Of a DNA stretch of 64,000 nucleotides, positions 1 through 13,017 are shown piece after piece. Both the position numbers and the translations under genes were made by a program. Source of the DNA: Psilocybe cubensis (lineage: Eukaryota); NCBI GenBank assembly GCA_017499595.2, contig CM039008.1:2914001-2978000 (forward strand), given 5' to 3'. Each line of letters starts with the position of its first letter. Position 1 is the first letter of the stretch. Below the pieces are notes generated by a model, which was not told where the DNA came from, searched no databases, and saw only the letters and a program-made list of their open reading frames with translations.

Positions 1-1682
1 CAAACTGAAAGGCATAACAAGAAGGTTAAAGTGTACTTGGATCCCGACATATCCCAACTGGATGACAGTTACATTAAGTTAACATTGGCGATATAACTCA
101 GTACCAAGCACTATGACTCACAGACATTGATGAGAATGGGTGTTTTTCTGGGGATGATATATCCTCGATACTATTCAGATGATTGTGAGCACGATGTGTC
201 GTGGTAATAGAGAAAAGGGTCAGGATATCACCTCCGAGTCATCAACAGAAGCGTGCGGGATGGAAGTCGGCGCAGTGGGCAGGAAGCGATGAGTCTGATA
301 GTGACAAAGGTGAATTCAACGGAGTTCAGATACATTCCAAGTAAGTAACGCACCTCTTTGATGATGGCTTGAACATAGGGCATGGATTTTATATCGTTGG
401 AATCTGGAAGTCTGTCTCCAACGGCATTATCCACCTCAGCTTGGGCTTTCTTTAATACCGCTGGGTATTTTACCAGACATAGAATGAGATTCTGCAAAAA
501 TGAGGCAGTAGTCTCTGCCCCTCCATCTAAAAGGACCCCGCAGATGTACCTGTGCACAATGAAATGAAACAAAGTTGGGCACAGACAAATGATTGAACTT
601 GTTCGGACATACACAATGGTATCACGTTCCAGTGCTAGATCTTCTTGCTGTTCCAACATCTTCGCAGCGAAGCACTCGTCGATCATTCCCGCTCTCTTCC
701 GCCTCTCAACCTCGCGAAATAGTTTGAAATAAAGAGAACACTGCATAGCTTGTATCTTCTTCCACATTTTCTTCCAGGGAGCCCATCGTTCCGGTACGTA
801 CATGAGAGCAGGAATAAAATTGACCGGCACTGATTCGGGAGAGAATACTCTGAAAATTTGCTCGATATACTCCCTAAAGGCAATCACAATAGGGGAGTCG
901 TGTTCTGAGGTGCGCTGCCCAAAGACAATGGTCGTAATAAACGAGAGCATTGAGCGAGTGATATGGTTGTAGAGGGCCTAGTAACTTGGTTAAGAAAGTA
1001 TAGAAATAGATATCATTATTCATGCGTACCTCGGGTTCATGCAAGATGTCGTACAACAACTGTGTTGTTTCCATGTCTGCAAGAGGACAATACTTCTGCA
1101 CGGCTTGAGGGGATACCAGAGGTTGAATAACCTTTCGGGTTATCTTCCAGAAGTGGCTCTCTATTTTATTTACAGTATTCAAGATGAATGCGGCCGGAAT
1201 CCGGAAAGAAACTCACCAGCAGGGGATGCTACAATGTAACGACCACCTGTTACTGCATCCATACCCAGAAATACAGGGCGGGAGGCAAACTCGGCGCTGC
1301 GGTCATCCAAGAGCTCCTTGACTGTCTTCATATCGGAAACTACAACGATTGCTCCATTCAGGACTTTGAGCTTTGAACAGTAGATATGATTAATATCCCG
1401 TAGAGGTCATTCAACACGAACCGACGTACTGAGAAGATGCCGTCATAGTGTGTACCCCACTCTGCCAATCTGAGTGCGCATCAGAACAACTCCAGACAGA
1501 GGTCAAGAAACCTATACATGCTTGATATAGGGAAACTTTGTGGGAAGCAGGTGGGCGTTTCCCAGGATCGGAACTGTTGGTGGACCAGGAGGGAGTGTAT
1601 CCTCTCGACGACCGAAGCGTAGGACTTTGAAGAACAGCCAAGAAACTCCACAAAATACAGCAATAGTGACAATATCTGACAT
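1..1682 (-). CDS. Cytochrome P450 (multi-exon; 3' end runs off the window)
   Basis: ATG 1682, TM anchor then [19 protein letters not shown]-helix LDGGAETT; K-helix KE|THR; 21-nt GICRDP micro-exon 37-57; GT-AG introns. Confidence 0.93.
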
Positions 1683-2498
1683 CTGGAAATTAGAATGAAT
1701 GTTGTCCCCAATTGCGCTGCCTATTACTGAGACGAATGCCTGAACGCAGGGGAATTCCAATGAGTGCCAGTCGTTCGCCTCCGACTACTTATAATTACGC
1801 CACAAACGACTTTACTCACGGTTCAACGGATTCCGCTAACGTTGGCACGAAACAGTTGCATTTCGAAGGACATTAGGGGAAAATACTGTATGTAATTTTA
1901 TACATTTGAATAAATTGGCTGATGGCGGCGCCTTCCGCGTCATTCCCAATGTCAGTACTGCTAGAGATCTTTATTATTTCTAATGATGTTATGCAACAAT
2001 TTATTACATATCCAGAATTGAAACGCGGAGTTTTCTCGGTCAATGTCGACGAGGCCGGACTAAGACGCACCAAAACTAGAACTGTGTATGATATCACCCG
2101 AATTTTCAGGCTCGGTCGAGCATCGCAGATTAAGTTGTAGTTTATTGTCACTTTATCTAAACTTATCTCAACCCCTAAGTCTAACGCAGCCGCGCCCATT
2201 AGTATGTCAAATCAAAACGAAACCTCAAAAGCGAATTAACTCCAATCAGATTCCATGCACAAGTCAAACTGAATTCATCAAAGCCATAGTCATATAATCA
2301 GCCAAAAAGAAATACAAAAGACGTTTTGCCAGCTCATATCTCGCGCCGCACTATCATTCAATCGTTCATTTTTACTTTCGTTTGTTCCTTTTGTGCTCAC
2401 AAAACTACCCATATGTCTTCAGAAGTTCAGAACAAACATTCTTTACTTTCATCTTTGTTTCGCAGTGTTCATATATCATTCTGAAAATCCATGTCGGA

Positions 2499-2714
2499 TG
2501 CAACGAATACCCCTCTGCATCGCACGCAGCCTGTGGCATCCATTAACACCAACGCCGAAAGGTAAGCAGTCACCCGGATACCCCGCCAAATATTTCTCAC
2601 CATCATCCATCTAGTAACACACTCGATGTCTCATTCCTTGCCTGTTGGCCAGGAGGTTCTCGTATTCAGAGTCCCGGCCCTCTACCACGGTACCAATGAT
2701 TTACACACTCAGAA
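2499..2714 (+). pseudogene. Decayed relic of the C2H2 zinc-finger gene family
   Basis: CNEYPSASHAACGIH*HQRRK|gtaagc aligns with finger 2 of the 5078 gene (CEECKFASHTPCGLKVHIRTQH|gtaagc) at about the same donor; next exon LPRYQ*FTHSE ~ MYRHKRNVHPE; in-frame stops. Confidence 0.6.
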
Positions 2715-3899
2715 CATTGGTCTCCCATACACCGCATGAATCTGGCAGATAGACCAACATCCCAGAGCGTGAGCGACATGGCCGAAGAAAGAAGCGACGC
2801 GGGACTCATGGACACCCCTTTCCCCTCATCATCCCAAGCCGCATACAAACGGCAGCACGCGAAATACTGTCGTTGCAGAGCGTTGTCATTGCGCTGCCAG
2901 ACTTTGAGAAGGGCATGGAATGGACTGCTTCCATCATGCTTCACTCACCAATTTGGAACGCCTGGATACTCCCAGTCAAACGCCGACCTTGGACACGACA
3001 ATCCGGGGATGTTGGGATTTGCATTTGCAAGTACACTTGTGCTATTTTGATGCACATTTCATGATGGTCGATTCCTTCTCCCAAGCGCGCCAGGCAAATC
3101 AGGACTGTTATGTTAGTGGTGTCAAAGGAGTGCCAGAGTGATGCGCAATCAAAGGGGTGTTTGTCTCTGGGTGGGATTTACTGATTATCTAGATCCAAAA
3201 CACTCCGAGTATGTATGTTGGATGTCTGGGTTTTTTTTTGCTGTTAATGTAGTCGCTTGTTTCGTTGGTAGTCACACTCACAGTTTCTACAATGGAACCA
3301 CTTAAATTTGAACCATCTTCATTCTTATTTTCTTCAATACTTGCATTTGCATCGCTAGCGCATTCTGAGTAATGTATCTGGCCATCAAAATAATGAACCA
3401 TGTACTTGCTTGAACGCGCGCACTCCGCCCGGTGGTGAGGATAGACTTGTGGCGTCGAGCATCTCCGCCAGACAGCCATGGTCTTTCATAGTTACCCCGC
3501 AGCTGTTGTGTTTCAACATTGTCCGTCGTGAGTATATGCAGAGATGGTGGCGGTGAATGAAAAGCCTCAATACTAATGCCCATTTCGGCCCACGTAGGAT
3601 GAAAGGCGGAATCGGTCTCGGGGGGTCGGGGGGACGTTGTTTATCTAATCTTATCAGCTTCCAAACTCCGCTTCAAATGAGCGTGCGCGTTACCAATATT
3701 CTCACAATTGTCAATGTCAATGTCATGAGTATTGATTGTGTCACGCTACTAATTTAATGCCACCCAGCTGATGATAACCGTGAAGCTGTTACGTACGGCG
3801 CCAAAGTAGTATACAACCATCGAAATCGTACCCAAGGACATGATCGGGGAGCCAATTATCGACACATTCAAATCGCTGTAGTAGACGTGAACCAACGAG

Positions 3900-4565
3900 C
3901 ACTGCGGGCGCCGACCGCTGTAAGTTAAACATACAGCAGAAAACTTACATGTCTTATGTAAGTTTCGCTGTAAGTTCAGCATACAGTACACGTGTATGAA
4001 AAACAAACACTCGACAAAGACATATTGTGTTTGGTGGCTGCATGCTGACCAAACACAATTGCTGTTAGTGGACTGTAAATAAAATAAACACCTAAATTAC
4101 ACAAATTGTGTTTGTCCGGTGTTAGTAAAACATACACATTTTCTGTAAATGACACAAACAGCACTTGCTGTAAGTAAAATTTACACACAAAGAACACTAT
4201 TTGTGTATGTCAGACTTACACCATTAAATGAATTGAAAAACTTGTGTAAGTATAATATACACAAATTGTTTTCTTTGTGTGTAATTTTTACTTACAGTAA
4301 GTGCTGTTTTGGTCATTTACAGAAAATGTGTATGTTTTACTAACACCGGACAAACACAATTTGTGTAATTTAGGTGTTTATTCTATTTACAGGCTACTTA
4401 CAGCAATTGTGTTTGGTCGGCATACAGCCACCAAACACAATACGTCTTTGTTAAATTTTTGTTTTCCCGACACATATGCTGTAAGTTGAACATACACCTA
4501 AACTTACATAAGACATGTAAGTTTAGTGCTGTATGTTTAACTTACAGCAGTCGGCGCCTGCAGTG
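3900..4565. mobile_element. Non-autonomous CACTA/CMC-like foldback element (MITE), 666 bp
   Basis: Ends CACTGCGGGCGCCGAC...GTCGGCGCCTGCAGTG; 3-bp TSD GAG (3897-3899, 4566-4568); imperfect inverted arms cover nearly the whole element around a loop at ~4222-4243. Confidence 0.88.
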
Positions 4566-4782
4566 GAGTGACACAATTGAATTTCAAATTTATTGTAACA
4601 GCTTCTCTAACAAATATAGGGCAACAAATGACTTTCCATAACAGTCAAAAATCTCTTTGTGCCACTCATTGTCTGCCTGCGTTGCCATACAATTAGCCAT
4701 GTGTTATAAAATACAAACACCTTTAAACTCTTCACCTTTATCACCTTCTAAACGAAGTAAAATCGACGGTGTCAATGCGCGG

Positions 4783-4932
4783 ATTGGCCAAGACATGGTT
4801 TTTTGTTACTCTGTATGGTGTCTGCGGCCTGCGCTGTTCCCTCCTACGGCAGGTCTGCTTCAAACCAGCCTTCTAGGGTAATATCCCTCGCGCTAAGCGA
4901 AACCAATCCACCTAGTTTTTTTTCTGTATAAG
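4783..4932 (+). promoter_or_regulatory. Conserved promoter module of zinc-finger gene (ATTGG, CCAAT, TATA-like)
   Basis: ATTGG 4783, TTTTTTGTTACTCTGTATGGT, CCAAT 4903 and TATAA recur in the same order upstream of the 32226 paralog. Confidence 0.55.
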
Positions 4933-5077
4933 TTTCTGCGCGATGGGGGGATTTCTACATCACCTTTACCCTTATTGAACATCTTCAATCAAGTCATCCG
5001 ACTTATCCTTTCCCCTACAAGTCCACTAACTTTCTAAACTTTCTATCTCACCTCATATAACTCATTATCATTGTATC

Positions 5078-6308
5078 ATGCCTGCCAAAAGAACTGCGCG
5101 CCGTGCCACACGCGGTGGAAAGAAGTCGAAGGTATCGTCATCACGTGATTCTTCTTATTATTCACTGGACTAATTGTTCTTGCGTCTCCCTTCAGACAGG
5201 ACGAAGTGATCCTTGTATCAAATGCGGCAAAGTACTGAGCCGACAATCTGATATGAAACGGCACATGCGGAGACACGGAAAAAGGTAAATCTTATTTAAC
5301 ATTCCCCTTTGTACAATTGGCTTATATTATTTGTTCTAGACAATTCAAGTGCGAAGAATGCAAGTTTGCGTCTCATACGCCCTGCGGATTAAAGGTCCAC
5401 ATAAGGACGCAACAGTAAGCAACCAACGAATATATTTACATCTTGTACTCACCAGTTTTTGTTGTAGCACTGGAGAAAAGGATTATTGTCCTTTTGACGG
5501 TTGTCTGTACGCGACTGGAGACCCTGCCCTTATGTATCGTCACAAACGTAACGTACACCCGGAGTTCGTACCTGCAACCCGCGCTGCCACCATCCCTACA
5601 GCCGCAGCGTACAGCGGCAACGAGTCCTTCTCATATCGTCATTCCTCCCCGTTCCGGCCGCCCATCGACACGCTCTCCGACCTTTCGGCACTTTCTCCCC
5701 TTACATACTCCGATGCCGGTTCCCCGGGCACTCTGTCATCCATCCACTCGGAGATTCCATCATCTCCCAACACCAATGCGATGGATATTCATCAAGAGGA
5801 AAGGTACCGTGTTGCATATGCAAGCATGGAAGAGATGAACAGGCCCAGGCACTCTTACATGTGCGAAGAGCAACTTCAGTACCCAAACACAATGCCTTTC
5901 AACTCGTTTAGTTACCAAACTACTCCTGGATATGAGGCTGTCGGCTTCCCGGCCGAGTTCCATGCAAACCAGGTTTGCAATTCTTTCATGTTCCCCCCTC
6001 TACACACCGATGACATCGACATCAGCTCGCCGGCATACGGAGATCTCACCGTCGACCCAACGTTACTCGGAATTGATGAGTACCTTAAAGCTGCATCGAT
6101 GATGGACGCTTTGGACGCCACCTCTCCTTTCAACAAGGATTGGCCTTCCACTCTTCCGCAATCTCAATCTCTCTCGTCGCCTTACTTCGACTCTTGGGGT
6201 CGCTCGGTACAATCTCCTTTTGTACCCACTGGCAACATTGTGGAGTTTGATCCTCTGGCTGTCCCCTGCTTTTCGCCATCCATGGATTTCTTTGCCTCTT
6301 CTTTGTGA
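5078..6308 (+). CDS. Three-finger C2H2 zinc-finger transcription factor (4 exons)
   Basis: MPAKRTARR..; CIKCGKVLSRQSDMKRHMRRH | FKCEECKFASHTPCGLKVHIRTQH | CPFDGCLYATGDPALMYRHKRNVH; S/P/acidic C-terminal tail. Confidence 0.88.
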
Positions 6309-8655
6309 CCATCACGGTCGATCGCGTTTTTCCTATTTATTGTATCTATTCTCTTCCTATTCTCTCTTCACCCACTGTACATAGAACAATCCATTCATCT
6401 TCATTCATATTTTATGCATTCACTTCCACATCTCATTTCATCATTTGCTTTTTCATACCATCACTTGTAGATTTGGTATGTCGGAGCCTGTCATATACAT
6501 TTGCCTGCGCGGCCTTTAACACTCATACGACTATCCCTTCGAACATTCTTCATACATTTCGTTACTATCTACTTGTACTTATACTTTCACCATTAGCTCG
6601 CATCAATCAATATTGTCATCGTCTTGATGGCGATGCCGTATCTATACCATGCGAGAGCGAAATTTAATAACATTACTTTAACCAAAATGAGGATTTTGAA
6701 GACGTCAAGAAATGATACTGCTGGCAATCCAAATCGTGTACTCGAAATACCTTGGGCAGAAAGTCACACAAGAAAGCAGCGATCGACGATCAGAGGGGGG
6801 CGAGAAAAATTGATTCAGCATGCACTTCAAGCGTGAAGTGACGATACGGAAGCTTGCGTGCGCTATAAGCGCTGCACTCCGACTTGATCCTGACAGTCGC
6901 ATGCGGTTCACCCAAGTCAACTTGAAGCTTCGCGCACGTCAGTTGGAGCACGGCGTGTGCGATTGAAAAAAGTGAAGACGGAGGTTCGAGAGGATGTCCC
7001 TTCGACATGTAAACCAAAAAGTGAACGGTGAGCAGAGACGCTAACGATGGCGCATTCAGGCGCATTCTGCGTCATAACACTCAGATCCACATGTTCTGCC
7101 CTCATCGTCTTCTAGTACATGTTCATGTATTGCGTCGGCGTTCTTACTTCACTTGAGACATTCTCGTGGAGTCAAACATGCAACCAGCACGCCAATTTCC
7201 TGCCGCTAAAACCGCATGCGTATCCGCGACAATGGGACGGGAACGAGGATATTGTAACGGTGAGAGCACAAGGCAGAGCGGCTTGAGCACATGTGAGTGC
7301 CGGGACAGCGGAAGACAACATAGTGTATGGCGCAGAGTACGTCCCGTATGTCCTGCGTGTTGTGAGCGCGCAAGTGCGTCGCGTGAATGTGAAAGGGTGA
7401 TTGGGGTTGTGGTTGTGAAAAGGCATTGTCGTCTATGAGTGAAGAGGATATCGAGGCTCATCCAGCAGGAAAAGCTATACGAAGCAGCCAAACACACCGA
7501 TGAAAAACACAATGTGCCCGTGGCGCCTTCACTACAGGTAGGTGCATCGCGTCGACTTCAAAGACTGTGTCCTGAACCGCTCAGGTGCAGCGTGACTATG
7601 AAGGGACACACGGGATTCCAGGGCAATTTCAAGTTAGTTAGGAACTAAGCGTCTACACGGCACACTGAGACCGACCACTCACCTTGTCATGACCCGCGCT
7701 GCAAACACCATCGTCCTCGCCAGGCTACCGCCACATTTCATGACCCACCCCACATATTCATAGAAGCTATAGTTCCACGGGTCGACGGATGGAATTCAGT
7801 CACTTTCAAGCTTGAGCATTTGCAGATGGCGGTTAAGTCCAAGGGGCGCGGACACTTTTTTGATGACATCGTTGAGAATCGGATGCGTAGATTCAAATTC
7901 GGGCGGAGATTGGAATTCGCATCAACACTAGCCGGGTTCACCCGACTTCGCAATGTTCGCATGGCCAGACCATTGCGCAATACTTGGTAAGTCCAAAGTA
8001 AGTCCGTCATCGATACGCATAGGGATAATGGAACTCTGATAAGACCAACAAATGTGGATTTTTTGCATGTATGTTATGTCTACTATAATATTGTAAAACG
8101 TTGTGATGTTGAACGATCATTCAGGACGTGTCTCTCCAGCGTATTTACATAAATTATGAGTACAATTACCCCGTGTGTACTAAATGATGAGTTATCCACA
8201 GAGCTGTACTCAAGCGATGGCAGTGTACAACAAATTTGATCAGCCGTTGGAGGAGAAGAACAGGTCAACGCTTTTTTTGTCAGCCGAAGTCAAACGGAGC
8301 CACTCGCAGCTATTGATCTTACTAATGATACCCATTGTTCTTCGCCGGTACAAATCATGTAACCGAAGAAGCCATTCTGTGTAGTGGGTGCTATACGGGT
8401 GATATAGCAGTTTGAACTCGTATGACACAGACAATGAGGAGCTTTTATAGCTGTCAGTGGAGTAAGTCGATAAAGAACCTCTGGAATCGTGATTTTACAT
8501 GCCCACCCTCCACCCATGATCTTTTCCATAACCATGTCGCTTTTCTATGAGCAAGATATTCACGGATTGCGCGCGCGAATCGTGTATCCCATAGAATTAT
8601 CTGTCTATCGCTACATCTCACTCCGCTGGGGAAACGTCGAGTTGGGAGATTGAGG

Positions 8656-9389
8656 ATGAGCAGATACCAAAGGTATCGTACTCACACATTAATTCTTACT
8701 TGTTCACTGGACTAACGGCTCTTGTGTCTTTATTCACCAAAGGAGAAGTGATCCTTGTATCTACTGCGGGAAAGTTTTAAGCAGGCAGTCTGACATGAAA
8801 CGGCATATGGCAAGATACGGGCTAAAGTAAGTCTTTTTTCATTCAATTTTTCTGAATTTACTTACACTTATTGTTAAAGAAACTTCAAATGCCCAGAGTG
8901 CACTTTCGCATCGCACACGTTGTGCGGGCTAAGGGTCCATTATAGGACGAAGCAGTAAGTTCCTGTCTATTAAATTTTCACTAGCCCTTCTTATTATTTT
9001 ATGCCACAGTACCGACGAAAAGGACGATTGTCCTTTCGATGACTGTCCGTACGGCAGTGGCGATCCATCGAGCCTACACCGCCACAAGCGCGATGCGCAC
9101 CCGGAGTTTGTACCCGCCCCGCGAGCCGCCACGATCCCCATTTTCGAGCTGCATATCGTGCACGGTGGCAGCGCATCCCCCTCATCAATATTTCGTAATT
9201 CGGGCACGACAACAGCCAGCTCGAATTACTCCCATCAACTCAATCTCTCATATATCCGCCCTTACTCCGCCATCACATTACACAAGCACTCCAACAACAC
9301 CGTCTTCAATGTCCTCCGACACTTCGTCAATGTCGATGACAAGACTACCTTCGTTTCATGAGCTGGACATGGATAGCAGCCCAACATGA
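8656..9389 (+). pseudogene. Degenerate C2H2 zinc-finger paralog
   Basis: Same intron positions as the 5078 gene; finger 1 ends RHMARY (His to Tyr); the homologous tail (ITPINSISHISALTP, LPSFHELD) lies in another frame, implying a frameshift at ~9160-9225. Confidence 0.72.
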
Positions 9390-10821
9390 AAATGATAGGC
9401 GAGCTCGGGATAGGTTTCAGGTCTCATATGCAACCCTGGATGTAAGGTGGACAATAGCTAACCATTATTCCTGGGAGATGGGGTAATTTTTTTTTGCACC
9501 TACATTTATCTAGAATAATAACCTTCTTACATTTTGGCATTATTTGTGCTTACACCACTGTACTTTTACTATTATCAGATCTCTTAATTACAATGACTGT
9601 AACTACTTTATGCAAGCATAATTTTATTGATCTTGATGGAACAGACACATGAGATGTGGAGGTTTTCTGACAGTAAGAAGAGGTAAGAAGATAGCCTAAA
9701 AATTGGTGACTATTCAGGTTACTAAAGAAGCTACTACTATTACTTCGTCAAACAAACATGAGACATGTCACCGATTCGCCCAATCCTCTTGAATAAACAT
9801 GTATCAACGAAGATTTGACCATCCAGATGCCATACAAATTCACAGTTCAAATTATTCTCGACATACTGTCCATTTTAATTAATACTTGACAACCGAAGCT
9901 AACCACTATCGGCATCAACTTGTTGATTTTCTTCCAGAGTCTCAACCCAGAAACGTTTGGGAACCAGAAAATGTACATCCAAGGATGAAACAATTCGTCA
10001 AATGACTGTGATTAGTCATGAACCAGCCCAATGGAACGAGCGGGGATGAGGTCGATGCTGACGCTGAGGACAGCAATGTTGTTGAGAGCGTCATATAATC
10101 CACACCATATCCAACAGCAATGACGAGCAGAAGCATTACTTCACAGACTGGAAACCAGAAAGAACACACAAGCTGTCGACGCTATGGAAGGATTCGGATC
10201 GAGAAGTCCGCATTAAGGCTCCAACCGACAAGATATGTACACTCGAAAAGAATCATGAAAGCGCTGCAGCGGGGAACAAAGACTCCTTCAGGACAACGTG
10301 TTCTTGTGTAATTAAGCAGCCATCAGCCATTCAACGTTCAGCCTCCAGCGTCAAACTTCAGGAGCAACAAACCAGAGAGCACACTACCAAACGTCGACTT
10401 ATGTGTCAAGGACCGAATCTAACGGATAAGGCACCGTTGAGAACTCAAACTCACAGAATATACGCGCTCGCTCCACGAGAGCGTATCCCTCTCCGAGCAC
10501 TATAAGCTATTCTGCTCCCGGTCCTGGAATAACGAGCACCAAAAAGGGTTTCGCGGAATCATCAGCAATATCCCTTGATGGGATGCATACAACAGCGAAA
10601 TATTCTTAGGGGGTCACTCGCATGGTTTGAAGTAATGATCCCAATTGTGAATCACCGATTGATTCCGTGAAGGCCAAAACCGTCTTATTTGGGGAGCAGG
10701 AGGGGCGAAGGTGGAGGGTGAATGAATGAGTCAGGAACAGCTCCAGAACGAGAAATATGAGGAGAGACGATGGTGAATCAAAGACGTACATGAATACAAA
10801 GCACAAGGTGTCAATCACCTC

Positions 10822-11002
10822 TGTTGGAATGATAGTCGGCGAGCGACTTCGTTGCTAAGTCGTTATCTTTCTCTTGTAGTTTATCTTATCATATTTTTTC
10901 TAGATCATTCTACTACAGGTTCCGTAGCTACTGTAGGTACAGGTGTATAGTTACGTCGTGAATCGATATCTTTTACCACCACTGCGCATTTTACTTACAA
11001 CA
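10822..11002 (+). repeat. 5' LTR (181 bp)
   Basis: Identical to 30845-31025 except T10853 vs C30876 (CpG transition). Confidence 0.97.
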
Positions 11003-11014
11003 GGTTATGGGCCC
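11003..11014 (+). promoter_or_regulatory. Primer binding site (copia/Ty5 half-tRNA-iMet type)
   Basis: GGTTATGGGCCC directly after the 5' LTR. Confidence 0.8.
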
Positions 11015-11097
11015 CGAGAGGTCATAACTAAAGCTCGCTTTGTTCTAAACTCGTTCTATTCTTATCGATCTATATCTAAACTTGTACTCGACGTCAA

Positions 11098-12574
11098 ATG
11101 GCTGACTCGACAACCGCGGAAGTCAACATCGGCGGATATCGCATCGACACACTGAAGGCCCACAATTGGATGCCGTGGAAGCGGCGCATGCTAGCAGTAC
11201 TGGTGGACCTCGGACTGGAGAAATACGTGGACGGCACGTCGCTTCGACCAGGATCAGCGAAACCGAACGCACCCACGGCGGAAGAAATCGCAGCTCAGAC
11301 AGCGTGGGATAAGGGAGATGCGAAAGCGCGATGCAGGATCGAACTCGCGTTAAGCGATGCGGAGATGGTACACGTCCTGGGAGCGCGCACGGCGCGCAAG
11401 ATGTGGACGCAGTTGTGCACAGTGAAGGAATCCAAGGGACGACTTGGTGTTTTGGCGACACGACGAGCACTTTTCCGGGCAACCGCAGAGGAGGGATGCG
11501 ACATGGCAGAGCATATCGCAAAGCTACGTCAATTCCAGGAGGAGCTGCACATCATGGGCAGCATTGTTTCGGACGAAGATTTCGTCATGATTTTGCTCAC
11601 CTCGTTGCCGGAATCTTGGGAGAATTATGCGTCATCCTTTTTGGGCTCGAGCGGGAATCGTCCTACGCTCACTTCGCAAGAGCTCGTTGGTGTTCTCCTT
11701 GAAGAAGCTCGTCGTCGGAAGGAGCGTGGAGGTGATGGTGCCGGAGGGACTACGCTTCAAGTTTGTGGAGGTCAAGGGTCGTCGGATGGAAAGGGTAATG
11801 GTTCGAGGGATGGCAGCGGCGGGAAGGAGTGCTATAATTGCCACAAGATGGGGCACATTTCGAAGGATTGCTGGGCAAAGGGCGGAGGTCGTGAAGGAAA
11901 GGGTCCGAGGGGGCGGAAGACGAAGAATAGAGGGCGGACAAATCAGGCTCGGGAGGACGTCAACACTACGCTCAATGATGAGGTTGCGTACCACACGTAC
12001 TCGACGTCGAACTTCTCTCGTTACGACTGGCTTTACGATTCTGCAACCACCAGTCATGTTTGTCCCGTCCGTGAAGCCTTCATCGAGTATACGCCACTCG
12101 TTAATTCCTCCGTTCGTGGTGTCGGAAAGAGTCCAGCTATCATTGCAGGCCGCGGAACAGTCATCCTCAACTTCGATGTCGACGGGCAGACGATTACTCA
12201 TCGTTTGAAAGACGTTTTACACATCCCTGAAGCCGAAAATGCTTTGATGTCGCTCGGAAGGTTTGAGAGGGATGGGAGGAGCTCGTCGTTTAAGAATGGG
12301 AAGGTTCTTTTGATGGATGCGAAGGATAAGGTTATTGGAAAAGGGTCGAAACGCGGTCAGATGTATATTCTTCACGCTCGCGCTCAGCTTAATTCAGGGG
12401 AACAGGTCAACTACGTCTCGCCAAAACTCACCTGGGATCAATGGCATCGTCGTTTTGGCCATATCTCAGTGTCGTCGTTGCAGAAACTCGTCCGGAACGA
12501 TCTCGTCGTTGGTCTTTCCGTGGACGAAACGTCTATTCCATCCCCATCGTGCGAGGCGTGCATCCAAGCGAAGC
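11098..12574 (+). CDS. Copia gag-pol 5' part (gag, zinc knuckle, protease, GAG-pre-integrase), interrupted
   Basis: CYNCHKMGHISKDC, WLYDSATTSHV, WHRRFGHIS...CEACIQAK; breaks at the KDZ insertion. Confidence 0.95.
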
Positions 12575-12575
12575 C

Positions 12576-12892
12576 ACATAAGACAGTTTATTTATAACGT
12601 ACATTACCTAAGATTTAATAATAAGGATATTACGTGAGACACGGTGGATTTACTTCCGCTACCTAATTAGGAGATTAGCGTGATGTACGTGTGATTTAGC
12701 CTGGCAAATCATAGCGTACATGACGTGCCATTTAGCGCTAAATGGAGCCGCCGGGTGGCCTGCGGGATCCGCGCGTCTACCTACACGGAAGAAACACGGG
12801 CCGGAAATGAGCCGGACGGGTCCATTTGCATCCCGTGTATTGCAAGCAGACGGATCCGCTTGACCCGTGTTGTGCTGTCAGACGGACCCATT
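12576..12892 (+). repeat. Left TIR of KDZ element (317 bp)
   Basis: Exact reverse complement of 27825-28141; contains palindromes CCTAATTAGG and CCATTTAGCGCTAAATGG and several ACACGG motifs. Confidence 0.96.
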
Positions 12893-13017
12893 CATCCATC
12901 CGCTTCTGTATTCCGACAAATATCCGCCTTGAATCGTACATTGGATGACCGTTAATATATGTAATAAGGTGTATAGATTATACTGGCAGCAAATTCCTTT
13001 CCACATACCCTGATAGT

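Noticed and set aside
11003-11014. tRNA gene
   Set aside because: Only a short tRNA-complementary primer site; no cloverleaf
11098-12597. Stand-alone 499-aa gag gene ending KPHKTVYL
   Set aside because: The last residues are read from the KDZ TIR; the true frame continues at 28145
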